DNA from: Minisyncoccota bacterium
Lineage (GTDB): Bacteria; Patescibacteriota; Minisyncoccia; Phycocordibacterales; UBA9973
Direction of reading: 5' to 3'
Length of the DNA: 64,000 nucleotides
Assembly (NCBI GenBank): GCA_031413715.1
Contig: JANOFO010000010.1
Location: 302 to 64,301, forward strand
Position 1 is the first letter of the stretch; every line of letters starts with the position of its first letter. Below, in pieces: positions 37,401 to 45,722 of this stretch. The position numbers and the translations under genes were made by a program. The notes below the pieces were generated by a model. That model did not search any database. It was given only the letters and a program-made list of their open reading frames with translations, and was not told the origin of the DNA.

Positions 37401-37679
37401 TTAAAAGCACTGCCATTCAGGCATATGCATTGCATATCTTGGAATATCAATTAGCAAACTTTTGTATGAGATATCATTGGAAGAGCTCTGTTCTTTTTCT
37501 TTAGAAACAGCTAAAATTATACGCTCACCATCTTCTCCATAATACTTTTTGAAATCGGCTTCTGCTTTTATAACAAGCAAATCAGAATGCTCTTCAAAAG
37601 AAGCGGGCTTTTTTGTTTTAGATTTTTGATCACCAATTTTAGGAGGTTTATATTCGCTCATATACAGATACTTTACCAT
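37401..37679 (-). CDS. hypothetical protein
   Basis: ORF only. Confidence 0.3.
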   Translation of the reverse strand: MVKYLYMSEYKPPKIGDQKSKTKKPASFEEHSDLLVIKAEADFKKYYGEDGERIILAVSKEKEQSSSNDISYKSLLIDIPRYAMHMPEWQCF

Positions 37680-37809
37680 GAAATGATTATTTGTATAAGT
37701 AAAGTAAGGTCAGGCGCCTTACTTCCTAAAAACATCTGTTCAAACTTCTTGAATCACTTTAGGTCATTTGTGATCTGTTCTTTCATAGGTACGGTCTGTG
37801 GAGTGTGTT

Positions 37810-38121
37810 TTAGTTTCCCTCAGCCCAAGCTTTGAGTTCTTTGTAGGTCACTTCCCCACAGACAGTCTTGTGACTTTTTTGATTTAAAAAGAAGGGTACG
37901 CCGCCGCACGGTTCCGGCTCGCAGTCGAGTTTTTCCATCAGCTTGTTATTATCTTTATTGTGCCAGATCTCTATTTTTTCAATCTTATAGCCTTCTTTTG
38001 TGAGCTTGTTTACAAGCTTTTCCATTCGTATGCAGTGGGGGCACTCAGTTCCATAAAAGAAAAGTAGGTCTGTATTTGTTTGATTCATGAACTCATTATA
38101 CCCGCACCCATGATAAAACAA
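37810..38121 (-). CDS. thioredoxin/glutaredoxin-like protein (CPHC active site)
   Basis: FFYGTECPHC motif; ~100 aa. Confidence 0.5.
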   Translation of the reverse strand: MFYHGCGYNEFMNQTNTDLLFFYGTECPHCIRMEKLVNKLTKEGYKIEKIEIWHNKDNNKLMEKLDCEPEPCGGVPFFLNQKSHKTVCGEVTYKELKAWAEGN

Positions 38122-38146
38122 AACCCCGATATGATCGGGGTTTTGT

Positions 38147-38401
38147 TTACTTTGTAATCTTTGAGAGTCTAGATTTCTTGCGAGAAGCGTTATTTTTTTT
38201 GAATATTCCCTTCTTTGCTGCCTTATCTATTGCGCTATAGGCAATTGAGAGTAATTTCTTTGCTTCGTCTTTTTTCTTTTCTTTGACGAGTTTCTCAATA
38301 TTCTTGATAGCTTCTTTGACGGCTTTTTTGTTGCGGTCATTGGCAGCTTTCTTGACGAGAGATCCTCGAAGGGCTTTTTTTGCTGATTTTGTAATTGGCA
38401 T
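38147..38401 (-). CDS. rpsT: 30S ribosomal protein S20
   Basis: MPITKSAKKALRGSLVKKAANDRNKKAVK... Confidence 0.85.
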   Translation of the reverse strand: MPITKSAKKALRGSLVKKAANDRNKKAVKEAIKNIEKLVKEKKKDEAKKLLSIAYSAIDKAAKKGIFKKNNASRKKSRLSKITK

Positions 38402-38609
38402 AATGTGTATAATTATTTATGCCTGCCTGTGCAGGCAGGTTCCCTTCCATACGAGACACGAATAAAAGGTAGTAAAGCCATCCTAACAGAAAAGGTCTAC
38501 AATGTAAACGCCCAAAGAGTAGTGCCCCGAATAATCATAGTAAGCGATCGCTTACTATGATTATAGTGGAAATATTACTAAATCAGCGCAATCTCTGTAT
38601 AATACAAAT

Positions 38610-39188
38610 ATGATCGCCTATCTAGAAGGAATAATACAAAGTTTAAACGAGAAATATCTCATTATAAATGTGGGAGGTGTCGGATACAAGGTCTTTGTTG
38701 TGGCCGATACGCTCGGTTCATATACTGTGGGCAATAGGGCTACGCTCTCCATTTATACGGCTGTTCGAGAGAACTCAATAGATCTCTATGGCTTCGTCAC
38801 TATAGATGAAATGTCATTCTTTGAACTTTTGCTTGATGTCTCAGGTATCGGGCCAAAATCCGCACTTTCCATTATTGCTCTTGCGTCAATTGATACATTG
38901 AAGCGCGCCATCGCGACCGGTGATACAAGCTACTTGAATAAAGTCTCCGGTATAGGCAAGAAGACTGCAGAGAAGATCGTCATAGAACTGCGCGACAAAA
39001 TGAAGGCGCATAAAGGAGAAGAGGGCTCGTCAAGCACACTCCGCGGTGAGAGCGACATCGTTGAAGCTCTTAAATCACTCGGCTACTCTCAATCAGAAGC
39101 TCGCGATACATTGAGACAGATACCCCCTACTATCGAAGGAACGAATGCTCGCATTAAAGAAGCTCTTAAAATCTTAGGTGGAAAATAG
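38610..39188 (+). CDS. ruvA: Holliday junction DNA helicase RuvA
   Basis: MIAYLEGIIQS...INVGGVGYKVFV N-terminus; HhH region. Confidence 0.85.
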   Translation: MIAYLEGIIQSLNEKYLIINVGGVGYKVFVVADTLGSYTVGNRATLSIYTAVRENSIDLYGFVTIDEMSFFELLLDVSGIGPKSALSIIALASIDTLKRAIATGDTSYLNKVSGIGKKTAEKIVIELRDKMKAHKGEEGSSSTLRGESDIVEALKSLGYSQSEARDTLRQIPPTIEGTNARIKEALKILGGK

Positions 39189-39200
39189 TTGATACTAAAT

Positions 39201-40136
39201 ATGCCTGAACTGCCAGAGGTTACAACTACGGTAAAAGGTTTACAAAAAGTCTTGCCAAGATTGGTTATTAAAAGTGTCTGGACTGATTTGGCAAAGAAAA
39301 ATCCTATAAAACAATTTAAAGAAACTGTTAAAAGCGAATTTTTCTTCAAAAAGTTTAAAAAGGAAGTAAGAGGTGCAAAAGTTCTAAATGTTGAACGTAG
39401 AGCGAAAAATATTCTAATCAACTTAGACAACAAAAATACCATTCTGATTCATCTAAAAATGACTGGCCATATCATCTATGGGAAATACAATTATGATAAA
39501 AAGACTAATAAATGGACCCCTGGTAAAAATGAGCGTGATGCCCTTCGCGATCCATACAATAGATTCATACATGTAGTGTTTTCACTTTCCAACGGAAAAC
39601 AGTTCGTACTTTGTGACTCCCGCAAATTTGGAAAGGTTACGATTATGCCCACGGATACTGCTCATGAAACTGTACATCTAAAAGGACTAGGTCCCGAACC
39701 TTTGGAGAAAGAATTCACATTCACTAAATTCAAAGAAGGTCTCCTAACAAAGCCAAATGGCTATATAAAAACAGTCCTTATAGATCAGAGTGTTATCGCA
39801 GGGATCGGCAACATTTACTCGGATGAAATGCTTTGGCTCTCAGGCATTCATCCTGAATCAAAACCAAAAAATATCCCAATCCCCCAACTAAAAATGCTTT
39901 ACGAGGCCATGAAGAAAGTGCTAAACAAGGGCATAGATTTTGGCGGCGACTCTATGTCTGACTATCGAGATATAAACGGCGAGAGAGGTAAATTTCAGAA
40001 CCATCACAATGTGTACAGAAAGAAGGGAGAGAGGTGTGGTAAGAAAAACTGCAAGAGTGTTATAATGAGAAAAGTTATTAATGGTCGCAGTGCGCACTTT
40101 TGTAATAAACATCAAAAATTGTATGAAAACAAATAA
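39201..40136 (+). CDS. formamidopyrimidine-DNA glycosylase / endonuclease VIII (Fpg/Nei family)
   Basis: MPELPEVTT N-terminus; C-terminal zinc finger CGKKNC...C. Confidence 0.75.
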   Translation: MPELPEVTTTVKGLQKVLPRLVIKSVWTDLAKKNPIKQFKETVKSEFFFKKFKKEVRGAKVLNVERRAKNILINLDNKNTILIHLKMTGHIIYGKYNYDKKTNKWTPGKNERDALRDPYNRFIHVVFSLSNGKQFVLCDSRKFGKVTIMPTDTAHETVHLKGLGPEPLEKEFTFTKFKEGLLTKPNGYIKTVLIDQSVIAGIGNIYSDEMLWLSGIHPESKPKNIPIPQLKMLYEAMKKVLNKGIDFGGDSMSDYRDINGERGKFQNHHNVYRKKGERCGKKNCKSVIMRKVINGRSAHFCNKHQKLYENK

Positions 40137-40179
40137 AGGCCTACCCGCAATACCTACGCGAGCAAGGCAGGCGGGAGAG

Positions 40180-40329
40180 ATGGATTTCCTTATGATGATT
40201 CTTGGATTCCTCGTACTTATATTTATCTTATGGGTCCTTTCCGGGGGTCAGAATAATGAAAGCAGCAAAAAGCCTTTTATAACACCGGGCAATGACGAAG
40301 AAGTTCCTCTGCAACCGTACGGCCGCTAA
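40180..40329 (+). CDS. small membrane protein
   Basis: MDFLMMILGFLVLIFILWVLSGG TM helix. Confidence 0.25.
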   Translation: MDFLMMILGFLVLIFILWVLSGGQNNESSKKPFITPGNDEEVPLQPYGR

Positions 40330-40817
40330 GGTCTTAATATTCTAAACAAAGCCACTCCTGCTGCGACTGCGACATTGAGCGATTCTTTTTTGCCATGCAT
40401 TGGGATTTCAGCGATGATATCGCACTCTTTTAATATTTTTTTGTCTAGGCCTTCAACTTCTGGGCCAAGGATGATTGCAATATTCTCTTTTGTTTTTATC
40501 TTGCGATAATCTTTAGATTTCTGATCTTGTTCGATCGCGATAATTGTAAAATTTTCTTTTTTAAGTTGCTTTATGAGTGGAGAGAGAGTTTTCTTGTATT
40601 CCCAAGGAATCCATGTCTCAGCCCCGAGAGCACTCTTTTGTATATCTTTTTGAACTCTTCCAAATCTATCAGTAGGTCTAGGGGTCACTCCTACGAGATA
40701 TATCTTGGATATACCTACAGCATCAGCAGTCCGGAAAATCGCCCCGACGTTTATCGCAGAGCGAATATCGGGGAGGATGAGGACAGAAGTGAATTTATTA
40801 GAGGATTGTGTTTTCAT
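40326..40817 (-). CDS. SpoU/TrmH-family RNA 2'-O-methyltransferase
   Basis: AIILGPEVEGLDKKILKECD...IPMHG...SLNVAVAAGVALF SPOUT motifs. Confidence 0.75.
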   Translation of the reverse strand: MKTQSSNKFTSVLILPDIRSAINVGAIFRTADAVGISKIYLVGVTPRPTDRFGRVQKDIQKSALGAETWIPWEYKKTLSPLIKQLKKENFTIIAIEQDQKSKDYRKIKTKENIAIILGPEVEGLDKKILKECDIIAEIPMHGKKESLNVAVAAGVALFRILRP

Positions 40818-40854
40818 TAAATCAGTTTAGAATAAGTTGGGTAGTTTTCCTTAA

Positions 40855-41739
40855 TTATTTTTTATAGGAAGAATTTATTTTCCACACACCTTTTTCGCGA
40901 AAGGCAGGGATCGTCTGTCGTTTCCCGGCATTAATAAGACTCGCCAGCGCCAATGAATGTTTTTTTGCATATTCGGCCAAAGTAATTATCTGAGATCCTT
41001 CTAAATATGCAATCCTTTTGTGTAACCCTTCAGCAAGAGCCAAGTATAGAACTTGCTCCATCTGTTTGGCTGATTTTGTATCTCTGAAATACGAGAAGGT
41101 TTTATAATAAATCTGCTTTTCTTTATCACGGATAATGATATTGGGGTATCCAAATTCTTGAAGTTGTAAATTTATCAGCACTCTACCAATGCGTCCATTG
41201 CCATCACAAAATGGATGGATAGTTTCAAACTGTAAATGAAAATATGCGATCTTTGTGAGTATATTCGCACTATGATTTTCTTTGTACTCATTAAGCAATA
41301 CTTCAATCATCCGTACCACATGTTCTGGAGCTGGAGCAATATGTTTACCAACACGTACATATTCTCCATGCTTTCGAAACCGACCTGCGATAGAGTCATC
41401 AATGCCACCTATGAGCAAGCCATGAATGAAAAGTATTATCTCTTTGTTTAGAACAATACTATCTTTTTTGACTTTGATATATTCATATACTCGAGCAAGG
41501 TTCTTCGCTTCAAATACCTCACGTAGTGAATAGTTTTTTGAAACTTCTAGATCAAGAAGGATTTTCTCAGTATCAGAAAGTGTCAATGTGCTATTTTCGA
41601 TAGCATTTGAGTTATATACTGACTCTGCAACTTCTACTTCCTCGAGCACAGTCAAAAGTGAGCCCTTTCCTTTTTTAAGAGCGTCATATTCTTTCTTTAA
41701 ACTTAAAATAGTTTGAATCTTTTTAGGAATGGTAGTCAT
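40855..41739 (-). CDS. Fic/DOC family protein (AMPylator)
   Basis: HPFCDGNGRIGR is the Fic motif HPFx[DE]GNGR. Confidence 0.8.
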   Translation of the reverse strand: MTTIPKKIQTILSLKKEYDALKKGKGSLLTVLEEVEVAESVYNSNAIENSTLTLSDTEKILLDLEVSKNYSLREVFEAKNLARVYEYIKVKKDSIVLNKEIILFIHGLLIGGIDDSIAGRFRKHGEYVRVGKHIAPAPEHVVRMIEVLLNEYKENHSANILTKIAYFHLQFETIHPFCDGNGRIGRVLINLQLQEFGYPNIIIRDKEKQIYYKTFSYFRDTKSAKQMEQVLYLALAEGLHKRIAYLEGSQIITLAEYAKKHSLALASLINAGKRQTIPAFREKGVWKINSSYKK

Positions 41740-41886
41740 AAATTAATAAGTTTATTATAGTCTATTTACGTTAAATAGTCAAGTAAAACGTAAATTTACT
41801 CTAAAATCAATACATATTTACGTTTTCCTAAACTGGAAGTCTTATATAATAAGCTGTTATTTATCGAGGCTGTGAAGAAGAGGAGT

Positions 41887-43653
41887 TTAGATTACTTCTT
41901 GTTGATAACAACCTTCACAATAGACAATTTCTGGTCGATTCGATTCATAACTTGTCTGAAACTTATTTGGACATCTATTTTCATGATTATGTTTCAAAAC
42001 TTCACACATACATTGTCTACTCCAGAGTTGAATTGGGTTTCTAAGTTGTACTCTATCGTTATGTCTACTGTTAGGACATTTACGAGGAATAGGTAAATTC
42101 ATTCTTTTGTAAAAAGATAACTCCTGAGGAAGGATTTTAAATGCTTTTGTGCAGTTATGATTCATAGCTTGCACTGAATCCGTATCCCAAGATTCACATA
42201 ATATAATGTCATTGATTATATTATCTTCTGTTTCTTTTATAGTATATGGTAATTCGTTCCATGACTTAGTAGGGGTATAATTCTTCTCTCCTGTTTCTTT
42301 CCATTGATACCCCTTATTTTGTGCTTCATTTTTATCTAATGGGAAAAACTCTTGCGCAGTGGATTCATTATACGAAAATGAAGAAAGTTCCAATGGGAAG
42401 AATTCTCCATACTGATATTCTCGTCCGTATGAATCAATATAAGGCATATCTTTCATATGTTGGCGAATTTTAGGTACTAATTCATCATATTCTTCCTTAG
42501 AATATTGTTTATTCAAAATACAGTACTGCTTTCCTCGTACTCCGATACAGCCAAATAAATGGGCAGAACTTGCTATACCGTAGCAATACTCTACATCGCG
42601 AACATTTGAAACTGCCTGCACTGTAAACCTGACATTTGCACCGCCATCGCCAAGCAATAGTGTTTCATATACCATTTCAACATTTTCTCCATACTCAGTA
42701 TAGTCATAACAGTCTCTTGAAGTTTTTGTGCTTGCAAATTGACAGTATTTGCAATCTTCAGCACCAACCATCTCATAAGACACAAGGGTATTTTTAGAAT
42801 TCTGTATATAGTCACCAGAACTATTTACATTATTTCTACTATGCATGTACTTCTGTGGATACTTTAGCCAGAGTTCTTGGGCTTCTTTATAATACTTCTG
42901 GATATTTTGGTAATTTGATAAGTCTAATTCTTTCAGTTTCTCTTCGTAATCCTCTTTTGAATACTGCTGATTAAAAATACAATATTTTTGATTTCGTAGA
43001 TTTACACACCCTACGCAATCTGTACAGTTCATGCAATTCTTTGAAAAGTAGATGTTTGAACATTCTTCACAATCCACTGAGTATAAATTTTTGTAGCCTT
43101 TTGTAATGTTTACTGACTCATAACACAAGTCTGATTTTTGGAGCATTAACACATCTTGACTGTCATTGGACATCTTTAATCCACTAGCATACATGCACCT
43201 CTCATTATGATCAGCATGGAATACCATATAACAATTCTTGAGATATCCGGCAAGATTATTATAATCACTATCAACAATAGTCTGATAATGAAGAAAAAGA
43301 CTTTGTACTGCCGCTTTTTCTTGCAATTCTTTTAACTGTTCAAAGAAAGGTTTTGAGAAATCGTAATTTGTTCCACTCTCAAGTTGATCCCAATTATCAC
43401 TCCACCAACATGCAGGACAGAAGACTTTTCTATTTACATTTGGTCCATACACAGAAAGTATGTCCTTATTACAGAGTCCACAAATACGTTTATATAAATA
43501 GCGTTCATTTCGAAAGACTAGTCTTCTTACAAGTCTGCATTCCGGACACCATGTTGGTGAAGGAACTTTTATCTTTTCGTAAAATGAAAAATCATCAGAC
43601 TCAATATTAAAGGAATTTTTACAGTTTTGGCAGTTCCGAGTTTTTTGATCCAT
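41887..43653 (-). CDS. cysteine-rich multi-zinc-ribbon protein (paralog B)
   Basis: Same architecture and conserved blocks as 4050..5804 (CQNCK..F.IE..DF.FY.K..VP.PT.CP.CRL.RRL ... CILNKQY[TS]KEEY ... CE.CYQ.EVI). Confidence 0.6.
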   Translation of the reverse strand: MDQKTRNCQNCKNSFNIESDDFSFYEKIKVPSPTWCPECRLVRRLVFRNERYLYKRICGLCNKDILSVYGPNVNRKVFCPACWWSDNWDQLESGTNYDFSKPFFEQLKELQEKAAVQSLFLHYQTIVDSDYNNLAGYLKNCYMVFHADHNERCMYASGLKMSNDSQDVLMLQKSDLCYESVNITKGYKNLYSVDCEECSNIYFSKNCMNCTDCVGCVNLRNQKYCIFNQQYSKEDYEEKLKELDLSNYQNIQKYYKEAQELWLKYPQKYMHSRNNVNSSGDYIQNSKNTLVSYEMVGAEDCKYCQFASTKTSRDCYDYTEYGENVEMVYETLLLGDGGANVRFTVQAVSNVRDVEYCYGIASSAHLFGCIGVRGKQYCILNKQYSKEEYDELVPKIRQHMKDMPYIDSYGREYQYGEFFPLELSSFSYNESTAQEFFPLDKNEAQNKGYQWKETGEKNYTPTKSWNELPYTIKETEDNIINDIILCESWDTDSVQAMNHNCTKAFKILPQELSFYKRMNLPIPRKCPNSRHNDRVQLRNPIQLWSRQCMCEVLKHNHENRCPNKFQTSYESNRPEIVYCEGCYQQEVI

Positions 43654-43740
43654 ATATTTATTATAGCAATTAATTACAGTTTGGGTCAGTAAAAACTACC
43701 TCGGTAGGATATCTCGGCTACCGCCACGGGATTGGGAAAA

Positions 43741-43793
43741 GGTTTTCGATTCCTACACACGAGACGCGTAGGTGTCTCACTCGAGGGCACAAA
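43741..43793. repeat. inverted partial copy of the tRNA-Lys T-arm plus 3' acceptor strand with a 25-nt hairpin insertion
   Basis: ggttttcgattcctac[acacgagacgcgtaggtgtctcact]cgagggcacaaa against tRNA-Lys gtaggttcgattcctaccgagggcacaaa; also a 12-nt direct copy of the tRNA 3' end at 43699-43710. Confidence 0.45.
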
Positions 43794-43895
43794 TATATTT
43801 CTTTTGTGGTCAGGCATAGTTTTCTGCTGAAAACTTGCACGACCCTGGCTCGGCACGTCTGCCTCCGCCCGGCACAAAAGTGTCCCACACTTTTG

Positions 43896-43968
43896 TGCCC
43901 TCGGTAGGAATCGAACCTACGACCATCTCCTTAAAAGGGAGCTGCTCTACCAACTGAGCTACGAGGGC
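43896..43968 (-). tRNA. tRNA-Lys (anticodon TTT)
   Basis: gccctcg-ta-gctc-agttggta-gagc-a-gctcc-cttttaa-ggaga-tggtc-gtagg-ttcgatt-cctac-cgagggc-a; followed by a terminator hairpin. Confidence 0.8.
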
Positions 43969-44367
43969 ATATAATACTATCCCGATTAGACAAAAATACC
44001 ATATTTAAAGGATTTAATCAATTTATCCACATCCATCCTTGTGGAGAATTAATTTAGGTTGTATAATGTACGTAAGTTGTTTTGTTATAAAGACTTTCCA
44101 AATCTCGCCCTGATCAAAAGGGTTCATATCGTTTTGGGAAAGGATTATATACGATTAGTTATTCAGCACTATTTTTAGATAGAGAGTGCGCAATGTTCTT
44201 TCTTTAAAAAGCCAAAAGGCTTAGGAGCTATTTCTCAAAAATTCTTTGAGGGCTTGCTCCTAAGCCTTTTCTTTTTGTCTAAAATGGAGTTATACTTAAT
44301 ACGTAATCGCTAGATATGATTGAGTAGTTTACTTGATGTCACATTATTAATTAATTTTATATAATAT

Positions 44368-44520
44368 ATGCTTACTACAATTGCAGTTATTCTTATTATT
44401 TTATGGTTACTTGGTATAATAACTTCCTATACTATTGGAGGTTTCATACACGCACTTCTCGTAATAGCAATTATTATTTTGCTTGTGCGCGTTATCAAGG
44501 GCAAAAACCCTGTAGCGTAA
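44368..44520 (+). CDS. Lmo0937-family small membrane protein (50 aa)
   Basis: MLTTIAVILIILWLLGIITSYTIGGFIHALLVIAIIILLVRVIKGKNPVA; not in the ORF track (<60 aa). Confidence 0.5.
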   Translation: MLTTIAVILIILWLLGIITSYTIGGFIHALLVIAIIILLVRVIKGKNPVA

Positions 44521-44550
44521 AGTTTCCATACTTCACTTCTAGTATGTCAC

Positions 44551-45192
44551 TTATTTAGACAAGGAGGAAAGAATGAATTGTTCAAGCCCTACAACAAAGT
44601 CAGCCTCGCCTCTATGAGAGAGGTGGTAGAGCGATACGAGTTCGCTTGACTGTCGCTTGAGACTCTCTGATGAAAATGTTTTGGTTCCATTTTGTATCAT
44701 ATTTTTTATTTTCCAGAAAAGTATGCCTGAAATCGGCTCCGGATCCACTCCTTTTGTTATAGCTTCTCTGTAGAGTATCCAGGTGTCGATTTTATCTCCC
44801 CGGCTGAATGCATCGGCTATGGAAAAAGTGTTAAATTTCAAGGATGCAGGAGAACTCTTCTCATCAAAGCGCTCAATTGTAGCGTACTTTGCGTACTTCT
44901 TATCGCTAGAACTGAGGAGCTTATCTTCAAGCAAGATAAATACTGCGGGCGAATCTTTTAGCTCTGTAAGTAATTTAGTTGAAGGAGTAATTTCACTTTG
45001 TGTTATAAAATTCTCCATTACGAATATTTGTGAGTCGCCAAAAAGACTCGCACTCGAAGCATAGGCAGTAAGTACGTCTTCTGATATGTCAGATAATGAA
45101 ATAAACGTAGGAGAGTTTGGATGGGCTACGGATTTTAAGCGTGAGTTTTTTTTCTTTGTATCATTACCAACAAAAATATAGATCATAGCCAA
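44551..45192 (-). CDS. possible DNA polymerase III delta subunit (HolA-like)
   Basis: MIYIFVGND N-terminus and overall size; weak call. Confidence 0.35.
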   Translation of the reverse strand: MAMIYIFVGNDTKKKNSRLKSVAHPNSPTFISLSDISEDVLTAYASSASLFGDSQIFVMENFITQSEITPSTKLLTELKDSPAVFILLEDKLLSSSDKKYAKYATIERFDEKSSPASLKFNTFSIADAFSRGDKIDTWILYREAITKGVDPEPISGILFWKIKNMIQNGTKTFSSESLKRQSSELVSLYHLSHRGEADFVVGLEQFILSSLSK

Positions 45193-45680
45193 GCGCTAAC
45201 CTTTTTCTTGTAATCAAGATAATCCTGTCCGTATTTCTTCTCGAGGAGAATTTCTTCTTTTTTAAGAAAAATAAATTTTGTAATGAGTGAAGCAATGACC
45301 ACAAGGATAATAGAAAATAGTGAATTAAGAACAAAAGCAAGCCCGAGTGTCATAATAGTAAGCCCAATATGCGTGGGATTGCGGCTATATTTATAAGGAC
45401 CACAGGCAAAATTGCGCTTGGAAGATTCTTCTTGTGCCATTTTTTCTTTAGAACAACTTGAAGCATGTTGTGCCCAATAAATCAGGATAGAGCCTAGAAG
45501 GATCAAAATGGCCCCTATTTGCTGATAAATATAGTCTGCAAAAATACTTATCGGAATCACAATATCAAAAACAAGCCCCAGTATTACAGCAAAAAAGAAC
45601 ATGGTGTACGAATGAGAGAGTATTATATGTACCATCCCTTCGCGACCCGATTCCTTTGTGTTTTTTTCTTCTCCTATCAT
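45183..45680 (-). CDS. isoprenylcysteine carboxyl methyltransferase (ICMT/PEMT)-family membrane protein
   Basis: C-terminal ...YSRNPTHIGL...KKEEILLEKKYGQDYLDYKKKV. Confidence 0.55.
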   Translation of the reverse strand: MIGEEKNTKESGREGMVHIILSHSYTMFFFAVILGLVFDIVIPISIFADYIYQQIGAILILLGSILIYWAQHASSCSKEKMAQEESSKRNFACGPYKYSRNPTHIGLTIMTLGLAFVLNSLFSIILVVIASLITKFIFLKKEEILLEKKYGQDYLDYKKKVSAWL

Positions 45681-45722
45681 ATATGGTTAATCCTACCACT
45701 CGGGGCATCTTTCCGCTACCCT

